64,000 nt of DNA from Vicugna vicugna. Taxonomy: Eukaryota. Of the stretch, positions 37,765-51,473 are shown piece after piece (within the stretch, counting starts at the first letter, position 1; each line of letters opens with the position of its first letter). The notes under the pieces are model-generated. The model was not told the DNA's origin, did no database searches, and saw only the letters and a list, made by a program, of their open reading frames with translations. Position numbers and translations under genes: made by a program. The stretch covers positions 5,794,407 to 5,858,406 of the forward strand of contig MU058584.1 of assembly GCA_013265495.1 (NCBI GenBank). The letters are read 5' to 3'.

Positions 37765-40700
37765 CTAAAAATAGAAGAGAAAAGAGGCATCAGCAAAAGT
37801 AGACAATTTCAATGTTTTAAATTTAGAGAGAAAGGAAATTTCCCACTCTCAAAACTGTTTTTTGAAGTGTATCATGTATTTGTTAGGGGGACCACATCTG
37901 TGTCCGGGGGATTTGAGGTACTGGCTTAACGTTCTAATTCAGACAGGGGTAGATATTCATTCAGAACAGACCTATCAATGCAGATGCTTTTCAGAGGACC
38001 ATTTCATCCTCTGTGCTGTGCATGAAGGCAGAAGTCTAGTCTGAACTGTCCAGTGATCAGGCTCGACACACCTGTTCATGGGTTTATCCTGTCTCAACCC
38101 ACCATCTCAGCCCACCTGCAGCTGCCTCCCTAAGAGACCCAGCTGCTAATACTGTAAGAATATGTACCACTGCGTCTCACATCACCTTCTCTGTGCGAAT
38201 CCACCAGGGAAATTTCACTCAGGTCTCAGGGGTCGGAACTACATGTCTCATCTGATAAACATTGTATTTTTATCTTACAGTCCCAGTGAGTATCATTCCT
38301 GGTCATGTGTCCTTCTTTGACTGACGGCAAGGAAACCCAGAGCCAGAACCGAGACCCTCTTCTATCTTGACTTTACCCCTGGCTCTGACTTTTTTTTTTT
38401 TGTACCTTGAATTTTGGCCTTCTTTTTCTTATTTTTAAACTAATTTTAATTTGCTATGTTGAATGCATTTTGTAAACTATCTTACATTCTCTTTTTGAAG
38501 AAAAAATAAAGGCGGAGTATAAATAATTAGATGAATGAACTGCAGAGTTAGGCTCCGGAGGAAATAAAAGCAAAAACAAGTGCTTTTTGAGGAGGAAAAA
38601 AACTGCTAGGAGGTAATATATTTCAGTGGCTATAACACAGAGCTCCAGATCATCGAACTGGATCATCCAGGTCCCCTTTTGCCAACTGCAGTGTGTGTTT
38701 GAATAGCTCCTTATTGTCCCTAAGCCACAATTTCTTCATCTGTGAAAGAGGTATGATAATTATAGCTTCCTCCTTTAGTTGATAAGATAAAATGTATTCA
38801 ATGTACTTAGGCCAGGGCCTAGAGCATAGGCAGTGCTCAATTATTTTTTAAACTGTTAAAATGTTGCAAATTACTATTTCAAATATTTCCTCCAAAATTT
38901 AGCCTGCTGGTGACATGGGCCAAAAGCACTTAAGCAGGGAGAATTCAATCTGAATTAATTTCAGATTCTGTTCATTTTCCAATGAATATATATATGTATA
39001 TATATATATTAGGAACAGTGAAATACATAACAACATGTAAGCAAGAATTTGTGCCTACTAAGATTCTTTTTCAAGAAAAGAGAACTAAAGGTCATGTTTT
39101 CAGTTTTGTGCCCTGTGTGTTGGTTCGGGGCGGGAGGGGAATTCTTCTGGGGTGGGGAGGGGAATAAAGCCTCACTAATCTGAAAACCAGTGGCTTTAGG
39201 AGGCATATCTGGATGGGAGTCTGACCTCTGACTTTGGCCACTACAATATGGAATTTTAAAGGTTTGACCTCAGTTTCCACATTTACAGAAGAGAGTCAGT
39301 GAGAATGACTAATCAGAGGATGATGATAAGAATTGTTTCTAGACAAGCCCGTGCACAGGGAGGCGTGTTTTCTGGAGCCCACCCGATTCCTTTCTTGGAA
39401 AAAATGGAGCTAAAATCTATATAACAAGACAAGCAGGGCAGGGGCCAGAGTACAGGTTCAGAGGCTCCATCTGAGGGCAGACAGGACAGGCGCCAAGACT
39501 GTGGTCATTTCATTGGCTACTATGCTCTAAATATCCACTTGTCCCCTTTTTCCAGCTTTGTCAACCCCCAAAGCCTATAAAATTCTCAGATTGATGAATA
39601 CTATTTACATGCAGATGTACTGGTTTTGACTTTTATTCTTGACAATGAATTAGCTACACTGCACTAGAAAAGTTCTGGGAGTTTAGCCTGGAAACCTACC
39701 CATTATTTCTCACGTCATCTCCATAGGAGAAATACTTTCCATGTTTCAGAGAACTAACATACCCCCAAAGTTTTTAGAAGGCAAAGTCACTTGAGAGCTG
39801 GAAATATCAGAAGATATTTCACAAACAAAGACTATTTCGTATGAGTTTAAAGATACCCTGACTCCCTTACAAAGTCAGTGAACTTTGGGGGCTTCTGTTC
39901 TCTTGTTCTTTTTGTTGGCATAACTGTAACTAGCCTAAACTGCCTGTTATCTGTTTCCTGTTCGCCCCACACTGATTCCCACAATAGGGGCATGCAGTTT
40001 TCAAGTTATCAGTTTGAGATCTTGTACAGAAATGACTCCAAGGTAAAAAATTTAAAAACAACCCCACTGCTTTTCTCACCACTTCTTATAAAACAGCCCA
40101 AGCCGGCACCCTCCCCTCCCTGCACCCCACCACTAAATACACATGACTTCAACCCTCTTTTTTTTACTCTCCTAACGTGTGTTAAAAGATTTGGAATTTG
40201 GGACTATCCTCCTTATTAAGGTAACTCACCGCCCCAAAGTCCTTAATGATTATTCAGATAACAGCTGGCTTATCCCAGAGAGGGTGGTGTTACCCCCTCA
40301 CTTCTGCCACCATCACCCAAGGTAGGAGGAAAGAAAGGATGATTGGGGTCAGGTCTCAATGGAAAGGTTAACCAACAGTGGAAAAAATAATCTCATTCTT
40401 CTTTTGCCTTAGTGCAATACTTAAGTAAATATAAAATATTACAAGATGGTGGGATCCAATCCAATCTTAGCAGAAGTTCCAAGAACAGGAACAGAGACAT
40501 TTTAACTGCTCAGGGCTCTCACTTTACAGTTAAGGAAGTTCTTGCACATCAACAGCAACTCTTCACCCCTGCCTTTGTGTTTCTGGGTTGGTTATAAAGC
40601 TAATCTAGTACCCTTATTCTTGAATTTGGAAGGAAAGATCAGATCATAGCAGAAGACAGTTAGGGATTGGTTGATACTATTCCTGCAGTTGTCAGTGAGA

Positions 40701-41732
40701 ATGGGTGGTGGGGCAGCCTTTACAGACCATATTCATGGAACAGAATACAAACTAATTAATTTGATGGAAGTGAAATTAAAATGCCAGTCAACTGACCCCA
40801 TAGAGGTAACTCAGAGCAGTTGGTTAGCAGTTGTTTTGAGCTCATTTGACGACCCCTGAACTTGAAGCAGAGTTATCTTAAAAGCTGCCTAATGTCCATG
40901 AATGTCATCATCTTGAATGTTTCTGCCTGATGACTTTGGCCAAATGTGGCAGCACACACCCCGGGCCTGCCGCAGACTGTGGGCCTGTAACCAGAACGTT
41001 GGTCCCACTTGAGGATTTGGACACACTCAAGAGGGAGGGGAGGGGAGGGATGCTGTTCTCTGACGATGCTCCACCTACTGTTCCAGGCAGCAGAGACTAG
41101 CTTCTGGAGGCCGCCGTCCTCAGTCCCTCTTCTCCTCCAGCCCAGAGTAGAGCATGACTATGTGGTGCATTTGGTTAAAGCTGTGACCTTGGTGAAGGTC
41201 TCACTGGGGAGAAAGTATGAGGATGTCCCCAAGGGACAATGCAACTGCTACATGTCAGGAGCCAGACAGGGCCTGACTCTTGACAAGTTTAGGTATTTGG
41301 GAGCAATACCTCGAAAACCTTATGGGACATTAGATTCACCTCCTAGTAGAACTGCACTGAAATCAAAAACATGTAGGCTCTTATAGGACAGAGATTATGC
41401 ATCCTTTTTTGGTGTGAATTAACTAATAGCAAAAAACCATTACAATGTCTCATTTGTCTGTCAACACCCTAGCAAGGTGCCTTGAAGATAGCAGGCGTTT
41501 TAAAAGATTTGTTGGATACAAAGCAAAGTCAGCCAACTTATTTTAATGACAGCCTGTACCGGGCTGCTTCACACCTCTCCAGGGACTGAGTCTACAGAAC
41601 CTAGTGCTTGGCATTCCGCTTTACCTGAAGCTCTCATACTTAATTTCCTGTGGGTTTCTGTATTTTTTTCTGGTCTATATTTTTTTCCACTTTAAAGTTG
41701 TATTATTTTCATAGGAAGATAAACTCACATAC

Positions 41733-41864
41733 CTTTTCTTTTTAATCTCCTTGCCAGCCAAATGATAAATACCAGCCCAGAGAATGCAGTCACCATGACT
41801 GCCACGGGAATGAAGAGGGGGTTATAGTCACCCACCTCGATGGCTGTGACATTCCTTTCCAATT
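41733..41864 (-). CDS. SELL: L-selectin transmembrane exon
   Basis: 132 nt, tttcag/gtatgt boundaries; encodes [44 protein letters not shown]. Confidence 0.96.
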
Positions 41865-43403
41865 CTGAAAGAGAAATCAGTAACGCACATAGCGTGAGGC
41901 CACAAACATTACTTCCTTAGTGCCATCTCATGATATTAGACCTTCCTCCTTACATCTCCTAATAGTAGCCAATTTGAGGCTGCTTGGTAGATGAGGACAC
42001 TGGCGTGGGAAAGCCTACGAGGGTGAGTGGAAGCAGAGACTGAACCAGCTGTTAGAGCTCAGTGCCTGCAGAGTCTCAACCCTCAGATTTGTGATTCATG
42101 GAACTCCTGGGAGATGTACCTAAAATTTTCGGCAAGAGCTGGTTATCATTGTATTTAGCTCCTTGGCCTTTTTCAATGGTTGGGACTCCGAAACACAGAG
42201 AAGGGCTATAAAGTCTACTACAACTTCAGGAAAAATAGAAGCCAGTGATCTGAGCCAGATAACTTATCAATCAAAGCAAACTCCGAGTGCTCTTACTCTG
42301 GAGCAGCTGTGCAAACATATGCATTTGTTGTTTACATGCCAACCATGATTATCTGCACTAATCCATCTTTCCAATGAGGTCGTCCTACCACTTCCCTCCA
42401 CTTCCTTTACAAATAAGTGAAAGGATATATCTTTTGTGAATGTCAATTAAGTTCATTTGGGGACTTTTACTGAAAAAATGCTGATATGAAAAAAGCTATC
42501 TTCTGATACCAGCAATTGAAGAAACATGCTTTTGCATGTTGGCACAGGGTCTGACTGTCCCTTATTCTTGCTGTTACTTTGATGAACCTTTTCAAGGTGC
42601 TTCCACCCCCACCCACCTACCTAAATGTATAATGGAAAGGAGGTGCAAGATCCCAGAGGATCCAAATGGAGGGCACCTATGGGTTACATGAGGATGAGGA
42701 AATGGAATTGCCCCATACGCCTGATAAACAATTCTCCCCTGGGGTCTCCATGCCACCTCCTCAACTCCTTACCCTGCTCCCTGGCTCTGGGCCACAGAGA
42801 GACCAGATTCTCTGATAGCCTCTACAGATCCTACCATTTAAAGGCTTGTCATTGGTACAGATTGCCACAGGGGCAGACATGGGTAGCTGTTTTTTCCCAT
42901 GCTAATTGAATGTGCATTAATTTAGCACCTATTGCCAGGCACTGTGTCAGGTGGAGGACACACACAGATGAGGAAGACACAATCCTTCTTATGCACAGGT
43001 AGATTTGGAAGGCATCAGCTTAGGGCTAACTGAGAAGTGTCCACTACTTTAGAAATTAGATGGTCATTGGTGACTTTTGTAGAGACGTTTTAATAGACTA
43101 ACAGGGAAGTGAGACTGTAGTGGAATAGAAAAACGGACAAGAAATAAGTCAGTAGAGACAGAGAGTTTAGATTTTCCAGTAAGGGGAGTTGAGAATTGGA
43201 TGAAAAAATAAATAAATCAGTGTCACTGAAGGAAGAGGCAAGAGCAGCCAGGAATTTTATAGTAAATTAACGTGTACAAATTTATTTTAAGCCCCATATA
43301 TTTAGCAAAATAAACTTAAAAGTTCAATGCATCTTCTGCCACCATCTGCTCATTCATCAGCTGTCTCTTTAAGTCTTCAGTACATTGGGGCAAACTTACT
43401 CAC

Positions 43404-43589
43404 TTTGACATATTGGACTAGGGCTGGACCAGTTCCCTGATGAACTACAAATAGTTTTCTTTTCCCCAATTAACTCAGTTCCATCTAAGCAATTGAAGGT
43501 GCACGTGGAGGTAAAGCCAAAGTCAGCCAGGGGGTGATTACAGTCTATGGTCCCCAAATCAGGTGCTGTTAGAGGCTCACACTCAATCA
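43404..43589 (-). CDS. SELL: L-selectin sushi repeat CR2 exon
   Basis: 186 nt; encodes [62 protein letters not shown]. Confidence 0.96.
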
Positions 43590-44796
43590 CTTCAATGAGA
43601 AGGAAAAAAAAATACATCAGTATTTCTGAGCAGAGACGCTCCCATGACCAAAAGTTTTTAGCCAAATTACCTCACTCAACGGTGGAACCATTCCCATGTA
43701 TATGGATGTTTCTAACTTCTGGAAATTGTTTTCGATAATGCTCTCAGACTTTATTTTAAGAATGATGGAGAGTGATGAGTCAGAGGTGAAGCCACGAGAG
43801 CCCAGAAAGCCCTTGGGGGTGGGGGGGATGGGAAGAAGAGGGGAGGGATGGCCGCTCAGGTTGCTGACCAGCCCTGGTAACTCTCCAGTGCTGCCGGAAG
43901 TACTGTGATACGTGGCCTTGGCCTCGGGGGCTCCCATGGACTTCTCAGGGAGTGTCGACAGTGTCTACGCTTCCACCTGTTCTAAAGTCTACCCAAGCAG
44001 TTTTGATTCCCAATTCTCTGAAGCAAGTCACTCAACTTTTGTAAAGTTCAGCAGGTTGGTCAATGATTCTATGATTTCAATAAATGATTTGAATAGTTCT
44101 TTTGAGAGTTAAACCACTTAAACAGTGAGTCAAAAGCATAAATGTAGAACATGTAACCAAAACTTCACAAGTTTAGACACCACCTGTTTTTCTTCCTCTA
44201 AAGGGATTATCTTCTTGGCAATAAAAAGAAAAAACCCCACCATATTTCAAGTGAGAAAAATAAAATCAAGAGATTGTGTTTTTGTTTTTCACAGAAGTTG
44301 CTGTTCTCCTGAGAGTTCGTGAGGGAAGAAAAGTGAAACATGATTTCAAGAATAAACCAAATAAAACAATAAAAAAAAAAGAACTCTAACCCCCTGAGAA
44401 GGAAATTGGTTGGTGTTAAGTAGGACACCACATAAAGTAGCTGTTATTGAAGGGCGAGAACAACCAAAATTTAACTGTGGTTCGGTAAGACATTATGCTA
44501 TAGCAATGAGAAAAATAAAAATAAGATAAAATAAAAATATAGCATAACCACACTGTATTGCTAAAAAAATATATATATACTGTGAATGGCCTGAAAGATA
44601 TTTGTTATTTTTGTTTGTGGTTTCTCTTTCTACTTTTAGTAACAATAACCTTTTTGAAGAGCATCACAATATAAAAGTTAGGATAAATTATGCTTCTGAA
44701 GGGGATACACGTTTCTTAGCAAGACTCTACTGCATTTTCTCAGTCTGTAAACCCAAGACGTCCATGACAAAGTCTCTAGTCTGAACAGTCACTCAC

Positions 44797-44982
44797 CTTG
44801 ACAGATTGGTTCTGGAGATGACCAGTTTCCATATGGTCCACAAGTGGTTTCTTCAATCCCAATTATGTCTGTTCCCTCGGAGCAGTTGAAGGTACACTGT
44901 GATCTGAAGCTGAAGTTTTCCAAGGGGTGAATACAAGCCATGGTACCCAACTCTGGGGCCTCCAACGGCTCACACTGAGTCA
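44797..44982 (-). CDS. SELL: L-selectin sushi repeat CR1 exon
   Basis: 186 nt; encodes [62 protein letters not shown]. Confidence 0.96.
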
Positions 44983-45009
44983 CTTGAATAAGAAAAGAAA
45001 TAGCATTGG

Positions 45010-45240
45010 GCAGTGTTAAGAGGACCTGATGACTGGGTTTGAATCTTAGCTTTGCCACTTGATAGCCAAGCACCTTTGAGCAAGGTGACATAACCCCTCC
45101 AGCTTTAGCTTTTTTATCTATAAAAGAGGGAGAATGATCATTGTATTGACTTCCTAGATTTGAGGTGGGAATTAAATGATTTAATGCAAGTCTAGGACTT
45201 AGAGCCTGACTCACAGAAAGCTTTAATTAAACATTAACTA
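45010..45240 (+). mobile_element. MIR SINE
   Basis: gactgggtttgaatcttagctttgccactt...tggaattaaatga matches MIR. Confidence 0.6.
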
Positions 45241-45799
45241 ATCTTATTATCTTTGGCATTACCTGGGGAGAGAATTTTAAACCTAGATAGGTGTCATTGG
45301 AGTGATCAGCTCAGTTTGAAAATAACCACATCAGAGCCACTGAGTGTACTACGGTGTTGGAAGTAGGAGGTCTGGAGAAAGACTTGGCACCCATAATTAG
45401 TCTTTTTTACGGGAGGAGAAGGTAAAGCTTTAGGAAGCATCTTGGCCTCGATTCTGTCTTCCTCCTCTCTACTTCAGTTCCAGAACTTTATTTCTTCTGT
45501 TTGGCAGCTCTCTCCAGAAGCTGTGTCTATTTCCCTGCTCTCCTTCGTGGTATGGTACATAAAATTAATACTTGGAAATCAGTCTTCACATTTTAGACCC
45601 TGCCATGCCATTTGGGCAAATACTGCAACTCTCTTGTCTTATTCCTTTTCAAATTTGAGCCATCATTTTAACCTTGTTCTTGAAATTTCAGTGAAGAATG
45701 AACTCAAGAAATTAAAAGAATTTTTCCATTTTCCATATACAGTATAAGCCTAAACTAAAGTAACTTACATTGTCCAATTCAATTCTTACCCACAAACAA

Positions 45800-47060
45800 G
45801 AGCCTAATCTCAATCTTACAGATGCAGTGATAAATAAGATGCTTACTGATCTCAAATTGCTGTCAGTCTAGAAGGGGATGCAGACAAGTAAATCGATGGC
45901 TTCAACAAATGTGGGCTAAGTAAGAAAGAAATGTGGAGCTACTGGAACACGGAATAGGGATGCTTGGCCTGTCTCGGGGTCCAAAGAAAGCTTCCTGAAA
46001 GCAGTGGCCCCTGAACAATGTCTTCAAGATGAGCAGGTGTGTTAGCCACGTGCCAAATCAGAGAGAAAGCCTTGATCAAGTCAATGAGATACAAGGCGCA
46101 TATGGTAAGTATGGAGAACTACAAGCATTTTGATGTTACTAGACGGAAAGAAGAGGCAGGGGATGATGTGAGATGAGATTAGGGAGAAAAATAGGAGCAA
46201 AGACAAAATGCTCTTTCCTTTTTTCATTGATTTAAGGAGTACCTACTATATACCAAGCATTACTCTGGGCCTTGAGGTGTTTGGTGTGGGGACAAATGAT
46301 AAGTAGAAATTAAAGGGTGGATAGTCACATACGTGGGAAGTTTACTTGATTGTTTTTAATTGATCAGACGGCCTATAGGATGAATAATATATTTGAGGGG
46401 AGCTAATTGAAAGTTGTGGAGCTTGGCTCAGAAATTACTGCAATAATCTAGGAGGAAAATAATGCTCTCAATGGTGTGGAATTGACAAGTAGGAGACAAA
46501 TTGAAGAAATAGTATAAGTCATAAAAGTGAGTGGTGTGTTGCTCTGCATAAATGTAGGGGAAGGTGAAAGAGATTTATACCAGAGTACCCATATAAATGG
46601 TGGTATCACATACTAAGATAAGGAATACAAAAGGAGAGTTGACTGGGGACAATTGATTTTTTAGTTTTTAGGGCATCCCAAAGATTCTGCTTAGCATATT
46701 TGGTATTGGGAGTTGGAAACGGATTTGTCAGTCCAAAACTCACATCAATTTGTGAATCTACAAAAGTCTATAAGTTTGACCAAAGGGGGCATGTAAAGTC
46801 GGAAGAGCAATGGACCAAAGATGGAAGATGATAAATAACAGTAAGTGTACGGACTTGGGTTAGTGCCCATGAAGAAAGCTAAGGAGAAATGATCACAGGT
46901 AGAAAGGAAGCCAGGGAAGACTGATATGATGGAAGCCAAGACAAAAAAAGAGTAAAACGTTCAAAAATGAGTGAAATGGACATGCCAATGATATAAGAAC
47001 TTTTAAAAATTTAGAAGTGGAGTGAGGGTAAAATATTGGGTAGAAGTCATGGTGGAGGAA
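45800..47060 (-). mobile_element. Degraded L2 LINE fragments in SELL intron 4
   Basis: Purine-rich antisense L2-like sequence; boundaries approximate. Confidence 0.5.
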
Positions 47061-48137
47061 TTGAGTGAAATGTCAGATCTGTTCCAGTTGGTCAATCATT
47101 TAAATTGATTTTGGCTTTGTCTTAATCTAGTCATTGCAAATACTGCTTTCTTTCCTTATTACAGTTTTCTATTTTATTCACCAGAAACTTCAAACATAGT
47201 TTTGAAACTCAACAGATATCAATCAAAGGACTTGATGTTCCTTTTCAGTAGTGAATTGACTAGGTCAAAGTCTCCTTGTCTTTGAATCTCTGTATTCTTT
47301 CCTTTCTGTTTCTACCACCATGACTCTGAATGATTTCAGTAGACTCCTAATGATGCTCTCCATCTTCTGTTTGTTCTCCAGTCCCTCTTCTGCACTGCTT
47401 CCAGGATAACTGCCTAAAATGCAGGTGTTAAGATACGAAGTGGCCTCCCATTGGCAAATAAAGGCCAGATTCTTTCATTAGGCTATTTCCAGTCTCCACA
47501 AGCTTACTCCAGCCTATCTGACTTCCATCAAACTAAATTATGAGCGTATGTAATTTCCACTAGTTAATTGTAACCCCTTTAAGGGCAGAATCTAGAATAG
47601 ATTTGTCTTTGTACACCCTGAAATACCCAGGCCAAGTGAAGGTACTGGATTTATGATTAAATTCTCTGGTATATACTGTGTATTATTATGTAAACTTTTC
47701 TTTTTGGCCTTGCCCTGTCATCATTTTGAAGATGGCATAAAAAAACAAGATTACCTTCTGGGTAACTCATCCTCCTAACAATAAATGGTATTGTTTCTTT
47801 CAGATTCAGAGTGCTGATGAATCCAATAAGCTCACTAGATGATGAATTCCTTAACAGCAGGAATCTATCATGCCTGATTCATGGCTGTGGTCCTTTCCAC
47901 TTTTATTCCAAGGCAAATATTCTTTGTGGCACTCAGAAAGACTTGTTGATAAGTGAATTGAAACTTCATGCTGACTTGTGAAATCTTTTTGGAGAGGTAA
48001 CAATATTGTGCAAGCAGAGCCTTCTGGTCAAAACTTCTCATTTCTCAGAATGGCTAGTATCATTTTGTCCCAACCACCTTGCAGAAACAACAGTAACCCT
48101 TTACTTAGGAAGAAACAAAGAAACGAAAGAAGCTTAC

Positions 48138-48245
48138 CGAACTGACACTGGGGCCCATAGTACCCCGCATCACAGTTGCAGGTGTAATTGTTGATAATTT
48201 CCACACATTGTCCATGGCCGCTGCATGACCAGGTCTCACAAGAAG
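48138..48245 (-). CDS. SELL: L-selectin EGF-like exon
   Basis: 108 nt, ag/gtaagc boundaries; encodes [36 protein letters not shown]. Confidence 0.96.
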
Positions 48246-49202
48246 CTTTCAGGGGGTCAAAAATGAATTATTTTAACATGAACACATTTTAGTACTCAAA
48301 GCCATGTCTTTAGACATAGATAACTTTTTAGTTACTAGTATTTTAATAAATGGGAAAACCTTCCCTGTACAATCGTAGCATTGTTTGCATAAAAAACCAT
48401 ATGCTAAATTTTTTATTGATGTAATATAGTCATACAGACATAGACTTTTTTTTTTAGAATGAACATTCTAATGCTAATACTCTATAACATTTGGGGGGGG
48501 GGACTTAGTGGCGTACTTTGAAACTCTTGAAATTTCTTTGTCTTTAATGTAGGAAGTGGATTAAATGATGACCTGACCCCAGTCATTTCTGTGGTATGCT
48601 TGGCAATCTCTTTCTTTATAGAAAGTACTAAATGAAAGTCTGAACTTGCAAAATCAGTAGAGGGTCCAAATTACAAGAGACCAAATGAACTATGTTTCAC
48701 TGTCAAAATATGACTTGGAAAAATACTGACTGATTTCTTTAGAACTATTTCAATTGTCTCTACAGAAATTTTCATACACCACCAGTGCAATATTTCATTA
48801 TATAGAATTATATAAGGTTAGACTAAGAAGGAAACATGTAGCACTGAGCCCCCTTGGCAAGGAAGAAGCAGGTGATGTGACCCTAAGCTCCCGGCTGGAC
48901 CCATTTCTCTGCTTTCACTGTCTTATTATGAGGGACACTGATTGTCTAGTTCTTCCTCCTTTTTCCATCTGTATTTATCATCTTGATGTAAAGTGATTCA
49001 GGATATAGGTTTTGGGTATAGAGACCAGCCTCACACAGCAAGAATGCTCAGGTGTAACGTGATTCAAGCTTATTCTGAGGACTGGACTTATTTCAGAATG
49101 TCCTAGGCACTGCCCTGTTCTCCCAGCGTTGCCATGGGGTTGGCCAGATCCTTCCCTTCCCTCCACCCTCCCGAGCAGCGCAGCAGTCTGGCCACTCCCT
49201 AC

Positions 49203-49589
49203 CTGTGTAGCAGAGGGCCACCTTCGGCTTGTGGCAGGAGTCATCGTTCCATTTCCCTGAGTCTTTGGTCCTCTTAATGTAGATCTCCACACAGTCCTCC
49301 TTACTCTTCTTGTTGTTGGGCTCCCCATCGCCCCAGTTCGCGGCTTCTTCGGTGAGAGATTTGTTGGTTCCCATCCAAGTCCATACCCCTCCTACCTTCC
49401 GGATTCCTATCCAGTAGTAGTAACGACTGAAGGGCAGCGTCTTGTTCAGGTACTCGATCTCCCCCTTGTTTTGTATGGCAACTAAATCTGTGTAATGTTC
49501 TCGGCAGAACTCTCTAGCCAGTGACCATTTCATAGGTTTTTCAGAATGATGGTAAGTCCAGCAATCGGTGCCATGATGAGTGCAGAAAC
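49203..49589 (-). CDS. SELL: L-selectin C-type lectin exon
   Basis: 387 nt, tttcag/gtaggg boundaries; encodes [22 protein letters not shown]...[40 protein letters not shown]. Confidence 0.97.
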
Positions 49590-49713
49590 CTGAAAGACAT
49601 TGCCATGGACTATGTAGACGCACAGTTACAGCCAAAGAGGACCCAGAACTAATCCAGGCTGGGCCTGCCACTTAGACATGAGGAAGCTGAGATCTCAAGA
49701 GTGTATATCACCA

Positions 49714-49781
49714 GGGGAGCATGCACCAGGTCCTGGGTTCAATCCCCAGTACCTCCATTAAATCAATAAACCTAATTACCT
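49714..49781 (+). mobile_element. 5'-truncated or internally deleted vic-1-like SINE within a MIR
   Basis: agcatgcaccaggtcctgggttcaatccccagtacctccattaaatcaataaacctaattacct matches the other copies. Confidence 0.7.
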
Positions 49782-51391
49782 ATAGGCAGATTTGAAGTAG
49801 AACCTAGACCTTCTGATCCTAATCACTTTTCACCATGATGCAGAATACTTTTGCTCATAGCTCTATTTTAGACAAATTAGGTGGCTTTCTAGATTTATTC
49901 TCATAAAATCATTTTTTCTCAAAATTCTCCTAAGTAAAATTTAGAAATTCATATTTCATTTTCTTAGTGGCTGTCAATCACTTAAAATTAATTTCAGTAT
50001 AACATCATATAACTGTAAAATTCACTGCCCACTTTTTTATTCTGGATAATTTCCTAAAGGCCAACATTTATGTTGCTAAGGGAGAAGTAAAATAGGGGTA
50101 GGGATGATGGCCAACTTTTAAGGAATCTTTTTCATATCAAAATGACAATGTTTTACCATAGGAAGAGCTGCTTCTGGGAAAGCACACATCCCAAGCCTTC
50201 TACATCTAACTGTATAATAAAAAAAGAACAATTTACAAAACCAAACGATGTAGGATTGTGATGTTAACTTGGATTATGTTCTGCACACAAAAATACAACT
50301 GATGGTATTTAATGCTTTGAGTGCTTCAAATATGAGAACTTTGAAGAAACCGAAACAAACACATAATGACACAATGACCCTTTAGTATATGCCATTCTAA
50401 GCATATCCTATAAGGTAAAAGTTTTCACAGCTATCACCATGCATTGAGTTTTCACTGGATAGAGCAAAAATCATGGAGAAATACCAAAGAAAACATAGAT
50501 CCAGTTTTTATAGTTTCCTAAGGATTCTGAGCAAGGAATAACAGATTCAAAGAAAGCATAGTTAATCCTGATCAAATTAAACATGTTGAAAATGTACAGA
50601 GAACTGGGAAACAGTTATGATTAATGAGTAAAGAATGTCATAAAATAAACATTTGGAACAGAGTTTTGAAAGAGCATTGCACTAGGAAGTAAGTTCTAAG
50701 AGAGAAGAAACTGTTTTGTTCACTACAGTATCCCCAGGGCCTAGAAGAGTATTTGGCACATAGTAAGGGCTTGGAACAAATGCTTGTCAAATGAAAAAAG
50801 CACTAGGTTCCCAGGTGGGATGAGGCATCATATAAGGTGTAAAGGGCAGAGGGAAGCACCTGTGCATGGCCAGAGCTGGAAGTCCAAGCTGGGAGTAAGA
50901 AGACATTAGATTACTTAGGACATGGGAAAGAAAACGCAAAACAACTACTGAAATGTCTTCAAGAATCAGACATAAATCTTTTCACCACATCAGTGGGAGA
51001 AGGATCCAGAAATAAAGGGAGCTCACACTTTAATTGTAGAAATGACATTGATGTGCACTGAACTGCTGATAAAAAATAGAAAATGCAGTGCAGAATATTC
51101 AGACAGATTGTAAGTTTCCTATTAGCTATTTCTTAATCGACTTTATTCCTTCATAATTAAGATCTTAGTGAATTATCTGGATTCAGACCCTGCAGCGAAG
51201 TATAGGGCAAGGCCAGGAGGTTTCTGGGGAAGTATTTAAGGTGACAGGAAGAAAACGGATGTCCAGAGATAGGTAAAATTAACAGCCATCAACCTAATAA
51301 TTTTACCTGCAACTATGTACACCCAGTGGATATTTACAAAAAAAAAAGTAAAAAAAAAAAAGCTTAGCAATATACAAATATCATAACATAC

Positions 51392-51473
51392 CACAGCAGA
51401 GCACAATCCAGACCCACAACTTAAAGACATTCCATAAGCCCCTCTGAGCGCTCTGACATTTCCATGGAAATAT
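51392..51473 (-). CDS. SELL: L-selectin signal peptide exon
   Basis: 82 nt, ttgcag/gtatgt boundaries; encodes [27 protein letters not shown]. Confidence 0.95.

Noticed and set aside
41625..41647. Possible 23-nt cassette exon just after the SELL TM exon (cacag...cag|gtaaag)
   Set aside because: The acceptor has no polypyrimidine tract (A-rich upstream); no support from sequence alone.
49093..49671. ORF-track N- and C-terminal extensions of the lectin and sushi exons
   Set aside because: Extensions lie outside canonical AG/GT boundaries and are intronic read-through; conserved exon sizes (387, 108, 186) define the real exons.
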